DNA of 64,000 nt from the NCBI RefSeq assembly GCF_964204645.1, contig NC_134031.1, positions 1,860,001-1,924,000 on the forward strand. Reading direction: 5' to 3'. Positions 48,004 to 64,000 of the stretch are shown piece by piece. Within the stretch, counting starts at the first letter, position 1, and each line of letters begins with the position of its first letter. Under the pieces are notes generated by a model. It searched no databases. It was not told the origin of the DNA and saw only the letters and a list, made by a program, of their open reading frames with translations. This DNA is from Tubulanus polymorphus. Its lineage: Eukaryota; Animalia; Nemertea. The position numbers and the translations under genes are program-made.

Positions 48004-51000
48004 GTCCATTGAGAAATTGCACGCCTGCTGGAATGGGGCGGTTGAAAGATCTTATTGAACAAGGCCCTGGTGGTTCCTGAAACACATAACAAAAGATTGC
48101 TATTAATTCTGTAAGTAAAACTGTTGAAGGCCTTACGGCTTGCAGTAATTCATCATTGCACCTGTAATGTAGAGAGCCTTGTTTAGTTTCCACTGTGGAA
48201 CTGCAATAGATATCTATATATTTTTGATGAGCTGTCAGATCATTCTGGTGTCACGAAGACGGTTTGTTTTAGCTGAATTATTTTCTCGTTTTCTTTCTCT
48301 CTAGTCTGGCGTCGAGTAAAAATATCTAACGCAGATTCTCAATGATGGCCGCCATCTGTCGCCATTCGGAGTGATTTTTAAACGCTATTGAAAACAGTCA
48401 GTTGTGCGCATTCTCTCTTTTCATTCCCTCTTTCTCTCTCTCTCTCGCTCTCTTTATCTTACTGTCTCTCTCTCCCTCTCTCTCTCTCTTTCTTTTTTAT
48501 ATTATGTCATGCAAAAGCTCTTATATTTCCAGTACACAATCGATATCCTTTGACAACTGACAGAAAGCATTAGGATTATTTTTCATCATCATGATAGCGC
48601 TGAGCCTCCTCTCAGACTAGTGGTCAGGGGGGGGGGGGGGCTAATAACCGAAAGTACTACGATTCAGTCTTAACGCATTTTACAATGTCGGCCATCTTGG
48701 AACTTGGTCCGAACTATTCCAGACTAAAGTTCCCTATCTTTGCCCATTATCTTTCCACACATTTTGTTGAAAAAGAAAGTTAAAAGCACTTAATTATCAT
48801 ACCATCGAGAGACAGCACAATTTTTAACGCTCCCTCGCAAAATAATTATCCCAAACTCATCAAGTTCGCAGTTTTTTTTCGTTACAACTGACCGAGTTTA
48901 CTATTCACTCTCGTCATTCCTTGCTAAAGTAATCAACGATAAAATGTTAAGTGGCGCAAATAAATTGCGAAGTATTGACAGCTCGAAAAAAAATTTGATG
49001 ATAATTTGACGTGATTTTTAATGCAGAGGAATCTGTTAAAATACGGCGGTGCAACAACCGACGACGAGTTTGGCCAGCGACCTGATATTGCGCTTATCGT
49101 CGCGAGTGTTTTACGGATGAAATGGCCTCGTATTACCAGCAGTTGTTTAGAAAAGAACGTCGTCTCATGTGCATTAAACTTTCATGAATTTACAAGCTCG
49201 ACGTCGATGTAATTCCACCCCCGAAATCATCCGAAGTCATTTCGTTGATTAATAAATCTTAAGCCGATCCATTTCCCGGTTCAGTTGATTCGCGAAGTGC
49301 GTGGAAGTCTAGATGAGATGAGAGAGAGGAGAGAGGGAGGGTGATGGAAGAGAGGAGAGGAGAGAGAGGGAGACTGGATAGCCTTGACACAATTTACATC
49401 TCCCTGCAATTTACAACTTCGTGAACCAAGCGTTTAGAATTCTTCACTTTCTTCTGGTTTGACATTCTCTGCTGCTGTCATTAATCTTCTGGCAGACGAA
49501 CGAAATTCGGGCGTCGAGCCAAATTTCTCAAGGACGTCGAATCTTTAGTTTTAAGGAAGACTTGCGTCCGTGTGAATTATGAATTGAATTTCTTCATTGG
49601 TAACAAATTTGAATCTCGAAAACTTGGGGCCGACCTCGAGGTTTTCGAGTGGTCGAAAAACTACAGCAATTCGGAATTTCGCATGGTTGTTAGCTTGTAT
49701 ATGGAATATTAGACATATGATATGGCTTCATCAAAGACATCAGTTACTTCCTAAGTAAATCATCAAGAGACCAGTGAACGCACTCTGACAAATATGGCCT
49801 TCATTTGCTACAGCTTCTGTATAGTCGTTTATCTGCCGTAAAGAGATTTATTGAGAGATCAGTTTGTATAATACGGATATAAATAACTCTTCAGTTCCCA
49901 ATCAACCCAGAGACCACACAATTCCCTCGATCTCCTCTCTCTCCCTTCATTCGTTACTCTGACGAAATACTTTCATCCAGACTGGCACTGGTAAACGTGG
50001 ACAAAACTTACCCGTGTTTTATACATGTAGTATTAAGTCGACCAGCAATAAACCGCCACTCGCCCCCCCCCCCCCCCCACCAACCTGTGAGAACGAAATT
50101 TCACGATTTTGCCTCAATCGAAATTAACCCTCTATAATGCTGCCATTCTCTCTATACGGCCAATATCCTAAACTACCGAGCTGGGCTACGGTATACTTTT
50201 ATGGGGGTTGACTGTAGGCTATTAAGGCATTATTCTATGTTTTTCATTATTCCAAACAGTGGCATGATAAAGGACTGTACTAGGAAGTTTCCATATTCCG
50301 TTTTAGGCACAATGTTTATACTGTAAACTGTGTATCTTTTCTTCCGCATTCTGATTTGACCTAAACTGTTGTTAATGTCGATCTGGTTCTCGACTGTGCT
50401 GTCTGCTCACTCGATCATCAATCGTTCGAATCGATATCGCCGTGAAATTGATAAGTTGTTTCGGTTCATGAACGCTGACATTCGCCTCATTAATCGCGGA
50501 CGCTTTACACACCAACTATTAATGACATTCAATTGAACGATCGTCAACGATATCCCTGCATCATCATTAAACCTAACCCTTTTTTTCTGGAGGATTTTTC
50601 GAAACTCTTGTTTCAGTTGTTGATGAATTCCGGGAACTCGATTCACAGACCAACTACACGATTCATTAAAGTAACATTAGTATTGTGTTATTTTGATGCA
50701 CGAGAAAGTTCCACAGTTCTACAGTTCAGGAACATGTTTTATAGACTTTTATCTCTAGCCATGTTAACTCGATCCATTTAACCCCCGATCTATGAAGACT
50801 GCCTCGACAAGACTAGACTTAACTCTTCAGATTGGCTGCTCATACCCTAAGTCTCTATCGCGGAACCAGTGCTTAATTAAATCTTGTCATAATTTTGAGC
50901 CAAAACGTTTACAAAATTGCTGAAAAAAAAGCCACAACAATTTTCTCGCCACTTCAGACGCTTCTCTCTCGCCGCGATCTTTCGACAAAATGTGAAACAT

Positions 51001-53424
51001 TTGTTTTTCGATGAGCTACATAAATTGGCTCCGTCCTACTTGTAGTGAAACAATTTTATTTGTCTCGGTACTAATAGCGCGGCGGTAGGACTTCGATCGG
51101 GCGCGAGATGCGCTGCACAGGAGTGTAATAAAATTCTCTGCGGTGTTTTTATTATTATATCACGCTTGATGAAGCGTCCCATAAACTGTTCTGTTGATAT
51201 ATTTTCGTTGTTACTCGCTGTATCTATTGTCTGCCCGCTCGTCTGAACCAGACGGAAAGATGATAAATATCCGGCTGCAGAATCGGAGCGCAGCAAATTT
51301 TTACTACATAAAGATTAATTGCGTTCTCGTCTGTAAATGTATCCACGCTTGCCAGAGTTCCCTTTAGATGGACTGATACATTGTGCCGAGTTTGTTTTGT
51401 ATGGTTATGACTGAAGTTGTTGACCGTGGTCAGTAATTGTGAATTGATGAATTAATTTTTGATTAATGAAATTTTGACTCTTGTCAAATTTAAATCAAAA
51501 CGTTGTCGTTTAGGCGTGAACATTTTTCATTTCAAATATTATACCCTGTAGGAAGATAGATCCAAGATCGGGTCCCGCAGTAAATGTTCAAATTATTTCG
51601 ATTATTCGACCATCACCTCGAAACTGGTGTTTTCATTTTCCAACTCTCAATTGCTGGACCACTGGTCTCTTTACTGCCGCCGGTTTCAGACATTTTGTAG
51701 GTTTACAAAACGTGTCGTTTTTGACGTGATAACTTTCTGTCGCTAGTTGTCGTTGTCGGGTATGTGCCGCTATGCGCGGACAGGAGACGCTGCTTGTTTT
51801 CTCGATATATTCATTGTGTTATTGGTGAATCGATTCGATCTTATTTTTATTGCGTGATCATCTGTCTCCTCCTCTCTCTCTCGGGAAATACACAGCCGGT
51901 GTCTATAAATACTATCATAAATAGATTAATTATTAGATCAGTGAGACCTAGTTAAATACAGTTGACTCTACACCGAGTTTTTGATGAGTGAAATTGTGTC
52001 CACGGCATTCAAACTCTCAGAGTCCCGTGAATGTATTGATTTTGACTGTGAGGCATCTAACCTAGATCATTGTTAAAGCGGCTCCCGTAAGATCGGGTTA
52101 AAAGAGGTCCTTAAGTCGAACGCGCACGACGCAGGGAAACAGACAAACCCGAAATCAAACATATTTGATCTCGGAAACCACGTTTCTCATAAACGCGCAC
52201 ATGACTCGGAAACGCTCAGGTTTCTGTCCCCCGTTTTCCTCTGCGTTGGGTTTAATGCGGTGCTCGAATTTATTTTTTCTGAGTGTCTTACTGTAGAATC
52301 ACCGAGCAGTACCGCGTGCGCGCCGCGATCACCTATCGTTTTTATCCGATCTCAAATTATAGAACATTATCTGAATCTCTTGGCGTCGTCGGCCATGTTT
52401 GACAATGGCAGACGACTTCGTTATTTCAATGCAAATAACTCGTTAATCGTTATAAGACAAAACCTGTTACATTCTCTGACTGAATCTATTGCATTTTTGT
52501 TCTTTCTGTGATTACTCTAAATATAGCAATAATTCCATATATTGCCGATAGTTTGTTAGTCGTTGTAAGACTTCGTATCTTGTTTCTATGTTGTTTATGC
52601 CTATTCTCCCTTTCTCAATAGTGTCTTCTATTATTGTGTATTAGACAATTTGTTCATGTTTGGTCTGAGTTCATTAAACTACTCGCTGTTTTGTAATTAG
52701 ATTATGAAATGTTAGCGTTATTTGATGGAGATACAATGTTGAATCGTTATAGGAACAAGGGCTGGGGTTTTGACGCATGTAATTCCTCTGTTGTAAGTTG
52801 AGCCCCACGAGTATAGATCGCGTTATCACTGTTGAGATGAAGACGTTATTTCCCTTAGATTGATATATTATGTAATATCGCAAACGATTGTTGTAAAATT
52901 TTGAATTGTTGTTTCCCCGTAAGAAATATTTGATGATAGGGTCTCTCCCCCTGTTAGACATTTTAACTTCATCGTTATTGACCTAAGATTCTTTGCTCGA
53001 TAAAAGAAAATGTCGTTTTGAATTTGAAATAGAATCGCCCTTTTTCTGACGTCTCGAAAGGGTGAAACGTTCACATATTATTTGTGTGACTCCAAGGCAA
53101 AGACATAAGTAGAATCATACCACACTTTTTGTTGTACAAACAACATGTAACTAGCAAAATGGAATCACTAGTTCTGTGTTATTAGTAGTTCATGTATATA
53201 TATATAAATTATATGGTTATATATTGTATTAATATTTAATGATTAATGTAATAAATATTAAGTCTATAATAATTACGATAATATTAGATAATCTACTATT
53301 TGATTATGAATGAATATCTTTATATGAGAAATAAAGATTATTGTAAAGTAGATTTTTATGAATGTTCTTTTCAGACGAATTTTAGCTTAGCGCAACAGCT
53401 GAAGGAGCATGGCCATTCATCGAA

Positions 53425-53632
53425 AACACACAATATCAATTTAAACAACTGCTATTGTTTTTTCGTTGCGTTTCGGGTGGAATCCTTCCACGCATCTTCA
53501 GAGTTTGTTTGAAAATAGCGAAATCTCTCTGAAGATGGGTGGAAGGATTCCACCCGAAACGTAAGAGAAAAACAATAGCAGTTGTTTGAATTGATATAGT
53601 AGGGTTTCTCCCAATTCATTAAGACTGGAAAC
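53425..53632. mobile_element. Palindromic Penelope-like remnant carrying two inverted hammerhead motifs
   Basis: Imperfect arms about 53432-53503 and 53527-53598, with a one-sided tail to about 53632 shared with the copy at 33220. Confidence 0.75.
53524..53568 (+). ncRNA. Minimal type I hammerhead ribozyme (Penelope-associated type)
   Basis: Stem I TCTCT/AGAGA; core CTGAAGA; stem II GGGTGGAA-GGA-TTCCACCC; GAAA; minimal palindromic stem III (ACGT); cleavage triplet GUA at 53561-53563. Confidence 0.7.
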
Positions 53633-53685
53633 TATTCATTACGGACATGGTCCCAGCAGTGTCCTTCTGTCGACGCCCTTGCCCT

Positions 53686-53730
53686 TGTTCAGTTCAGTTC
53701 AGTTCAGTTCAGTTCAGTTCAGTTCAGTTC
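53686..53730. repeat. (GTTCA)n pentanucleotide repeat
   Basis: About 9 copies. Confidence 0.9.
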
Positions 53731-54403
53731 TATTCGTTTTGTTGAAGGTCGCGGTTTTTAAGCGCAAATCATCTCTTTCGAATCCCGCGAGTCTTGACGG
53801 GTTTTATTTCATCCAGTGCCTGGTAGAATTTAACGATGATTTATCAATAATTGATTTATTTCCGAGTGACCTCGCGCAGACGTTGCGGCGATTGTTGCGA
53901 TCGGACGCATAAAATTTCTCATGAAAAATGATCATTCTTTTCTGTGCTTATTTCTCAGTCGTTGCAATTACACGCAACGCGCGGCGCGGTTTGTCAAACC
54001 GCAGACGAATCTTACGCCAATCATCCTTCACAATCGCCTGAATGGAAATAACATTTTGGACGGAAGAATGGCATGTGGGAACATCGATGTTAGATCACCA
54101 TGGGAACGGCTGCAGAATTGAGCTGCATTCGAGGAGAGATATAATGATTCGATGTGACGTCACGAGGAGTCGAAGCGCCTTAGATTTGACAACAGTAGTC
54201 CCTTCTCTAATATACTAATTCAGTTAATTTTGAGATCCGAGCGCGATGCACCATCGTTTGAAGTTAGCAACAAGCAAAAACAAAAGTAAAAACAATTTTG
54301 CAAAACATTCTCATCAAAAGTGTGTCGGAATAGCGCTCCTTCGGGTTTCGTTTTCCAATGCGCCGTCGAAGGCAGCACTTTCTGGTTTCGACGGAACGGG
54401 CGC

Positions 54404-55050
54404 TTTGAACTAGAAAAATATATTATTTCGAACTCTTTCCTTAAAAGACGCGAATTTTCCAAACTGCGTCTCGGTTCCCATCGGCTTAGAATCGAGACGG
54501 GGCGTCACTGTCGTCCATTTTTACCAGCCAATGAGAGATTTTGCCTCTACTGTACTGTAAATAAAGTCGTTGAGGACGAATCCCACTTTTTACTCGAGTG
54601 TCCCTCGCTTCATCCTGCCAGAGTCTCCATTTTATCCTCACTTGTATGTTTCACAGAGTTTGAGTCTTTTTGTGTTTTCGATTAATTCCTATTTTTGATG
54701 TCCTATAACAACGGAGACTATGAAATTGCCAGCCTTATGTGTAACCTAGTTAACTCTTTATTTGCCCTCCGTTCAACACTTTGATTCTTTTATATTATAT
54801 TCACTTGATTGTATCGCCACCTAGTTTCCTTGCTGTAGTATTATATTTTGTTTTACGTTTAACATATTTTATTTGTAAATATTCTCTATTCCTATGTTAT
54901 CCATTATAAAAGCGATTTTAAATGTATGTCCACTCTTGTACTGTTTTCCCTGTGTCTTGATGTTAATATTTTATTGCTTGTCATTTCCTATGTAACTTGT
55001 GTATTATATGGAGCAATAAAATTAAAGTTCAAGTTCAAGTTCAAGTTCAA
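54404..55050 (+). mobile_element. 5'-truncated non-LTR retrotransposon (LINE) 3' end, inactive
   Basis: ORF2 C-terminus FELEKYI...SKLRLGSHRLRIETGRH...ERFCLYC...VEDESHFLLECP (CCHC zinc knuckle typical of RTE-X/L2/CR1-group LINEs). In-frame TAA at 54683-54685 precedes the apparent true stop at about 54784. T-rich 3' UTR, AATAAA (about 55015) and an (AAGTTC)n tail. Confidence 0.85.
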
Positions 55051-55309
55051 GATCAAAAAATCGAAAGAAAAGTCAACCTTGGTTCATCGGAATTTTTCTA
55101 AAATATCAAAGCTATTTTTAAAATATTGCATGCTTCCCACTTCGGTTATCCGTTCTCCTTTTTGGTGAGCGACGGTCATGGAATAGATAGAGACCTTTTT
55201 GTGCCGGTACCGATGGGATTCGAACCCCGGAATCATCAGATTTTGGAACAAATGTATCGAATTTGAATTTGACGATATGGTCGTTGCGACTACGATCTAA
55301 TCATAACCC

Positions 55310-55365
55310 TAGTAGCGCGCACCTGTACACGCATGCGCACTTTACATACAGCTCCTCGTGAAATA

Positions 55366-55375
<10 letters not shown>
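55310..55375 (+). promoter_or_regulatory. SET core promoter motifs
   Basis: NRF1-like CGCATGCGCA (about 55330) and YY1-like ATAATGGCGGC overlapping the start codon. Confidence 0.45.
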
Positions 55376-58728
<3,353 letters not shown>

Positions 58729-61283
58729 AATCACCGCTAGGCGGCGTTATAGTGACAATTTGTACTTTTGTATCAACATAAAGCGCGCGGTGTTTATTAT
58801 AATACACGTGTATACAATGTGCGATACAATGGACACAATCTCTCTCGACAGCAACGGACAAAAACCTCTCTATCATCATCAACCATTCATCGTTCTCAAC
58901 TAAACCCGGTCGCGATCGGAAGTGACAGCAGCAGCAGCAGGATGCGACACGGTCTGAGGTGTATTTACCCTTTAGATATCAACTACTACTAATAACAGTA
59001 GCTACTGACGACCAGGGACCAAGTATTGAATACGACAGCTGTTGTAGCAAGCGGTGAAACTGGATTAATCGAGGTTGTCATTTCTACTCCCGTTCAAAAA
59101 CATGCATATCTATCTTCTACTTATTAAAGGCGTTTTGAAATTGAATCCAATGATTATTTAAGGGTCAGTAGTTGAATTAATGGAAAAAATCCGTAATATG
59201 AGGGTAACTTATGAAAGTGTTTTGACTAAATTTATGAGCAACAATGCTCTCTCTTAGTTTTCTCCATATTTCGATTTTTTCTTGGGATTGACAGTGTTTA
59301 AGACGTTATTCATCGGATTATATACCTGTGCTCTCTATCTCTGATACGATACCAAACTTTTCACGCATTTCTCCGTTATCGTATGATTTTAATTTGCGTG
59401 CTTTTCGGTGCGATGTATCGATGAAAATTCTTTATATCGGTCGCCGTTGTTTGATTAATCAGGTACGCCCCTCGCATCGTGTTGTCTCCTGCTCCGTAAT
59501 GAGAAATCATTCAGAGAATTCTTTCCTCTTTTTGTTTCGTTTTTGTAAATAAGCATATTTTTTTATACTACTCGGAAAAACCCTCTGATCCCAGAATGCA
59601 TTTCTCTATTTCAAAAACCGAGTCGCCGGGGATACGGAAGCTCGGCTGTTAGGGTTATCTACAAATAGGTGGAGACACTGTACGTCGGTGTTGTTTGTAT
59701 TGTAAATATTTTCGGCTCGGTCGCAATGAATTTCCATCTGATAAAAACTCAATTTCATCATCAACTGAGAGTGTAAATCCTTCCATTTTCGATCTAGGGC
59801 CAGTTCCAGTTCGAAAAATCTGATTTGATAATGAGAACAGGTGAAACCGTGTCCTGGATTAGAGCAGCTTTCGTTGAGTGTAGGCAGTCCGTGTTCATTG
59901 ATCAACAAGAGGAATATTCGATCGACAATATCGTTAACAGTACATGCATAAAACTTCGTTAAATAGTAATAGCTACATTCATTTTAGACAGACCGGTACA
60001 TCATAGTCTATTTAAACTCAAGGCTTACCCTGGGTGTCGAGTGTCTTTGATTATGACATGCCCTACCTGACAATTACACATTTTCCTACTCGAATTCCTC
60101 ATGGTAATCACACATCCCTGTTCAAACTGCCCGGTTATCCTCGGGCGATAATATTTTGGTCCTGCATGATGAAGGGCAAGAATGAATCGACTGCTCGTTA
60201 TATACTTTTGACTTAAATTTTAGATAAAGCCTGCATACAAACTCAATGAAAGCTCCTTTACGAGAATCAGTTTTGTAAGGGCTCTGGAATATCATCGAAA
60301 TAGTTAAAATATTTAAATACTGTCTTGAAATAATGATAAATTGGTTTTAATAATGAACAGTTCTTTTAAAGTGTAAATGAAGACTTGATGCGAAGTGACG
60401 AAAGTCTTCTTTCATCGAAACCGAAGAGTATGTCAATTGAAAAAAAAATAGCTTAGCATATAGAACAATACTATTGATTATTATGTTGTAGATTACTGGG
60501 TTTTTCTCTCGATTTTCTCGAAGTATCATGTCCAAACAATTATTATCGTTACTATAGAGAGGGGCGAGTTCCAAGTGCTGTCTCTTCTTAACATGAATGA
60601 ATGAAGCCGAAGTATTTTCGATCTAAAACGGCTCCCGAAGGGGGGTGGTGTAAGGCTGGTGCCGTTTTTTAATGGCTGGCATTTTTACAATGAAAGCAAT
60701 CATTGATCATGTGTTGAAATTGTTTGACTCGCTCGGTCATCGGCGCCTTGGTCCTCCTGCCTATGAATATGAAATGTACAATGAGATAATAAAAAAAAAC
60801 TTTGTGTGAATTAAAAAGTCTGCTTTGCTTTCTTTGATTTTTTGTTGGCTTGAGTCTTACTGTTGGTTGAAGCGCGTATTGCTAGAGGATTAGATGGAAT
60901 TTCCGAAAAATTTTTACCGGCGACCAGTCGAGCTTTGTTATTGATAGAAACTTGGTGGCAGCATCGTACGGTCACCTGGCGGAATTTCTGCGAACTGATA
61001 ATATCATGCGGGAACGATTACTATTGAAAATTAGATTCACAATACAGCAACATTACATAAATGATCCGAAATCAGAGTTGGAGATATTGGCGTTGTATTT
61101 CATAGCGCCCAGTCCGGTCATCTAATATTAATAAATTACATTGAATTTATATTTCAATGCAAATCAATCAAACATTGACAGTCCCATCTTTGTGTATGTC
61201 CCCTATTAGCCTAATTAATTCTCTGCTGAAGTCCTCCGATTATCTGTTGATTAAAAGCTGAAGCCGAATGGAAACTTGTAAGG

Positions 61284-64000
61284 ATGTCTTTTAGAGGAAA
61301 CAACAGAAAAACAAGCGATGAATTGAAGAGTGATTTCAACAGCAGATCTGCCGCCGGGACGCGGCAACCGGTAAAAATAAAAATTAATCCAACAACTATT
61401 TTTGGCCCTTAAAAACCGAAAATTAACCAATATAAATCACATTGTTTGTCGGTTATTTCACTATTAACTCAGAGTGATTAGATTAAAACTTGTCAAAATC
61501 TCAGTTGGGTTTAGTTTGGATATTTTCTCAAACCACAAGCTCATCCTCGATCCTGGGTGGGTCTACCATCTCTGTCAACCGATATTATTTCATTATTTCA
61601 CAGGGTTCATATTGGATCAGTCAGCCGCCGCCTGCTGTAAACTTTCAACAACCACCTCCAGGTTACCCGCAGTTCCCATACCCACCACCCGGACCACCTC
61701 CTCCGGGATTCGATCCCAGACAATTTCACTATCAACAACAACAAAGGTTTCCTCCGTTCAATGCTCCGACAAACTCCAACGCTCCGACTGGTTATGATAA
61801 AACACAGGATGGCCGTTCTGTCAGTTCAGGTTATGGCTCAGATTATTTAAGTTTAAACGTCAGTGGTGCCTCGAGCGATGCGCCCTCATTAAAAGGCGGG
61901 CGCTATTTCAACGCGGCCACGCCCGTAGGCCCGAACTCATCATCCGCGTTCGATAAAGCCAATTATGATTACGCGTCTGCTTCGAATTATTGGACAGCTC
62001 CATCTGATGGGAGAGAATACAGCGGTAACCGGTGGCAACACAAGCAGACGGATTGGAGCAGACGTCGTAGGGACGATGATCGTGCGAGGAATCAGTCTCC
62101 GAATCGTGACGGCGTTAATCGTCGCGATTCGTCGCCCGATTCGCGGAGGAATCGAGACCAGTACGAACGAAGACGCGACAGTCGAAATCGGTCTCCGCGA
62201 CGACCTTCACCCGGTGAGGTGGATGAGTCGACGGACGACCAGCGTAACAAGAAAACTGTGTTCGATTATAAGAAAGTCGAGAAGCAATTGTTCTGGGAGG
62301 TTTCGAAAGAACGACCGCAAGATCTTCACGAGCGTTTACAGAAACAGTTCTCGTCTAACAACACGAGTCCGTTGAAATCTTCAACACCAGGTCCGACTTC
62401 AACTCCTGGTCCGACTTCGAGTCCGGCGACCTCGTCCCAGAATATTCATAAACGATTGATCGACGAGTTCGAATCGTCGCGAGTGCGTCGCAGGGATTCC
62501 CCTGAACGGTCGGCGGGACGGGATACTGCGAGTCCCGAACGGAAACGACGGAAGCGTTGGAGTCCGCCCAGAGACCGGGGTGGAGACCGGGCTGGTGACC
62601 GGAGTGGAGATCGGGCTGGTGACCGGGGTGGAGACCGGAGTAGTACAGACCAGGGCCGACTGGATATGAGAAGGACAAACCTTCGAATGACACGAGAGAA
62701 ATCGGATGAATCCGATCGACGAAGGTCGAGGGATACTCGATGGCCTCCTCGTACGGGGGATAGATCAGATCCTACCAGACAAAGGTATTTCCCCTCTTTA
62801 TTCTGTCAAAAAGAAAACAGCCTCGCATCGTGTCTCTTTAAAGATAAACAACTACAATTCTCTTTCATTATAATTGCAGCAGCAGCAGCAGGGATACCCG
62901 GGATTCTTCACGGTCATCATCTTGTTCCCGATATCAACGAAAACCGAGTCCAGTTGGGTTAGTGATATTAACAGTAATCTGTCAACCGACATTTCTGTTG
63001 GAAAATGACTGTTTCAAAGCATGTTTCAACAAATGATAATTTCACCTGTATCTTGGGTGGCCATTGACCTGGAAAACCTGGAAAACTCAGGAAATCAGAA
63101 GAATCTAAACTCAGATAGAAAAACTTAGGGAATTTGCATAATTTAACATAATTTTAAGATAACATTATCTACTATGTGTTTCTTAATCAGTATTTGATTC
63201 AATTAAAATTGAATGAACTATAACATTTTAAACCTAGAAATTCACTGATTCACTCAGGGACTTTTGTGGAATTTATAATTGACCATGTGGGCAGAATGTG
63301 GCCAAACTGAATGATAAATATGAAAGTATTTCTTTTTGCAGACGTGTTGTCAGTCGAAGTATCAAATCTCCACCAAAACATCCTCTGAATGAAGACACAC
63401 GTCCAGCGTGGGTTTGTTGCACCGCTGCTGATCTCTATCTGCAACGAGATCGTCAGGTAAAACTCACAAAACATCTCGGGACTCTCGTTCAGAACCTTGG
63501 CTACCTCTTCTTCGAGTGCAGACATACCCCGAGTTGAACACGGGTATCATGTACAAAACATATAAGACCAGTCGTAGTGCAGTTGTGTTATAAACGACCA
63601 GCAATATCGAAGATTAATTAACAATAAAAATCTGTGGAACTGAGACGTTTCGGATGGAATGCTTCTAATCAGAGATTTTTTGAAATGAATGTATTTTTGA
63701 ATCATTTCAAATAATTCTCTGATGGGTTGAAGCATTCTACTCAAAACGTTGTTAATCTTCAATATAATGCATCTTCTTGCATACCTTAAAGGCTGTATAA
63801 TCATTCAATGTTTTCAGTTCATGATGTTTCGCTTGCGAAGAGCTGATATTTTGTTTTGTTTTGATTCAGACTGGTTGTTTGAAAGCGACTGAAGTGATGA
63901 TCGAATTAGAGAATCAGTTTGAAGAGAAGTTGTTACGCCGAGCGGAGAATGCTCGCGCCAGTAAACCTGTTTATAAACGCCCTGAACGTCGACTGAATAT
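61284..64000 (+). CDS. DROSHA: Drosha (RNase III, Microprocessor), 5' part; gene continues beyond the window
   Basis: Exons 61284-61370, 61604-62784, 62880-62957, 63342-63456, 63870->64000 splice in frame. Pro-rich then Arg/Ser-rich N-terminus, followed by PAWVCCTAADLYL...LENQFEEKLLRRAENARASKPVYKRP, which matches the remembered start of the Drosha central domain (fly WIRSSPAELYY...FDEKLLQRA..KLPVY; human PVWIRCT...FEEELGSRQEKAKAARP). The RNase III domains are not in the window. Confidence 0.85.
63055..63270 (+). mobile_element. AGGGTGGCCA-family repeat in a Drosha intron
   Basis: GGGTGGCCATTGACCTGGAAAAC start identical to the copy at 8737. Confidence 0.6.

Noticed and set aside
49021-49212. 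Exon-like ORF after a TTTTTAATGCAG acceptor
   Set aside because: No recognisable homology, partner exons or clear donor.
50407-50646. Minus-strand ORF with FMNRNNLSISRR, reminiscent of a pogo/CENP-B HTH
   Set aside because: Only a few residues match; no DDE domain or TIRs seen.
55200-55250. B-box GGTTCGAATCCC on the minus strand next to CTGATGA
   Set aside because: No cloverleaf, no A-box, and no GAAA/stem III for a hammerhead.

Overview
Eukaryotic, intron-rich, AT-rich genomic DNA from a metazoan, probably a marine invertebrate (the taxon cannot be fixed from sequence alone). I reconstructed six protein-coding genes by reading splice sites. (1) A BTB/POZ + six C2H2 zinc-finger gene (+, large terminal exon 881-3746, upstream exon not located). 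(2) Rab14 (+, 8 coding exons, 8487-11745). (3) CCDC105/TEKTL1 tektin-like (-, 6 exons, 24189-18405). (4) A taperin/phostensin-family gene head-to-head with it (+, 3 exons, 24904-45520). (5) SET/TAF-I (+, 8 exons, 55366-58728), which contains a clear U12-type minor intron. (6) The 5' part of Drosha (+, from 61284, running off the window). A compact region at 4.2-6.3 kb appears to hold two small divergent spliced transcripts, one of which could encode a short six-cysteine secreted peptide missed by the ORF track. Introns and intergenic DNA carry many MITE-like fold-back elements, minisatellites, LINE remnants and three palindromic Penelope-like remnants with minimal hammerhead ribozyme cores, at least one of them intact. 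The gene set recalls the vertebrate MHC paralogon (9q33-34/6p21/19p13). No rRNA, intact tRNA, CRISPR array or recognisable conserved miRNA was seen. All homology calls are from remembered family motifs, not from database searches.
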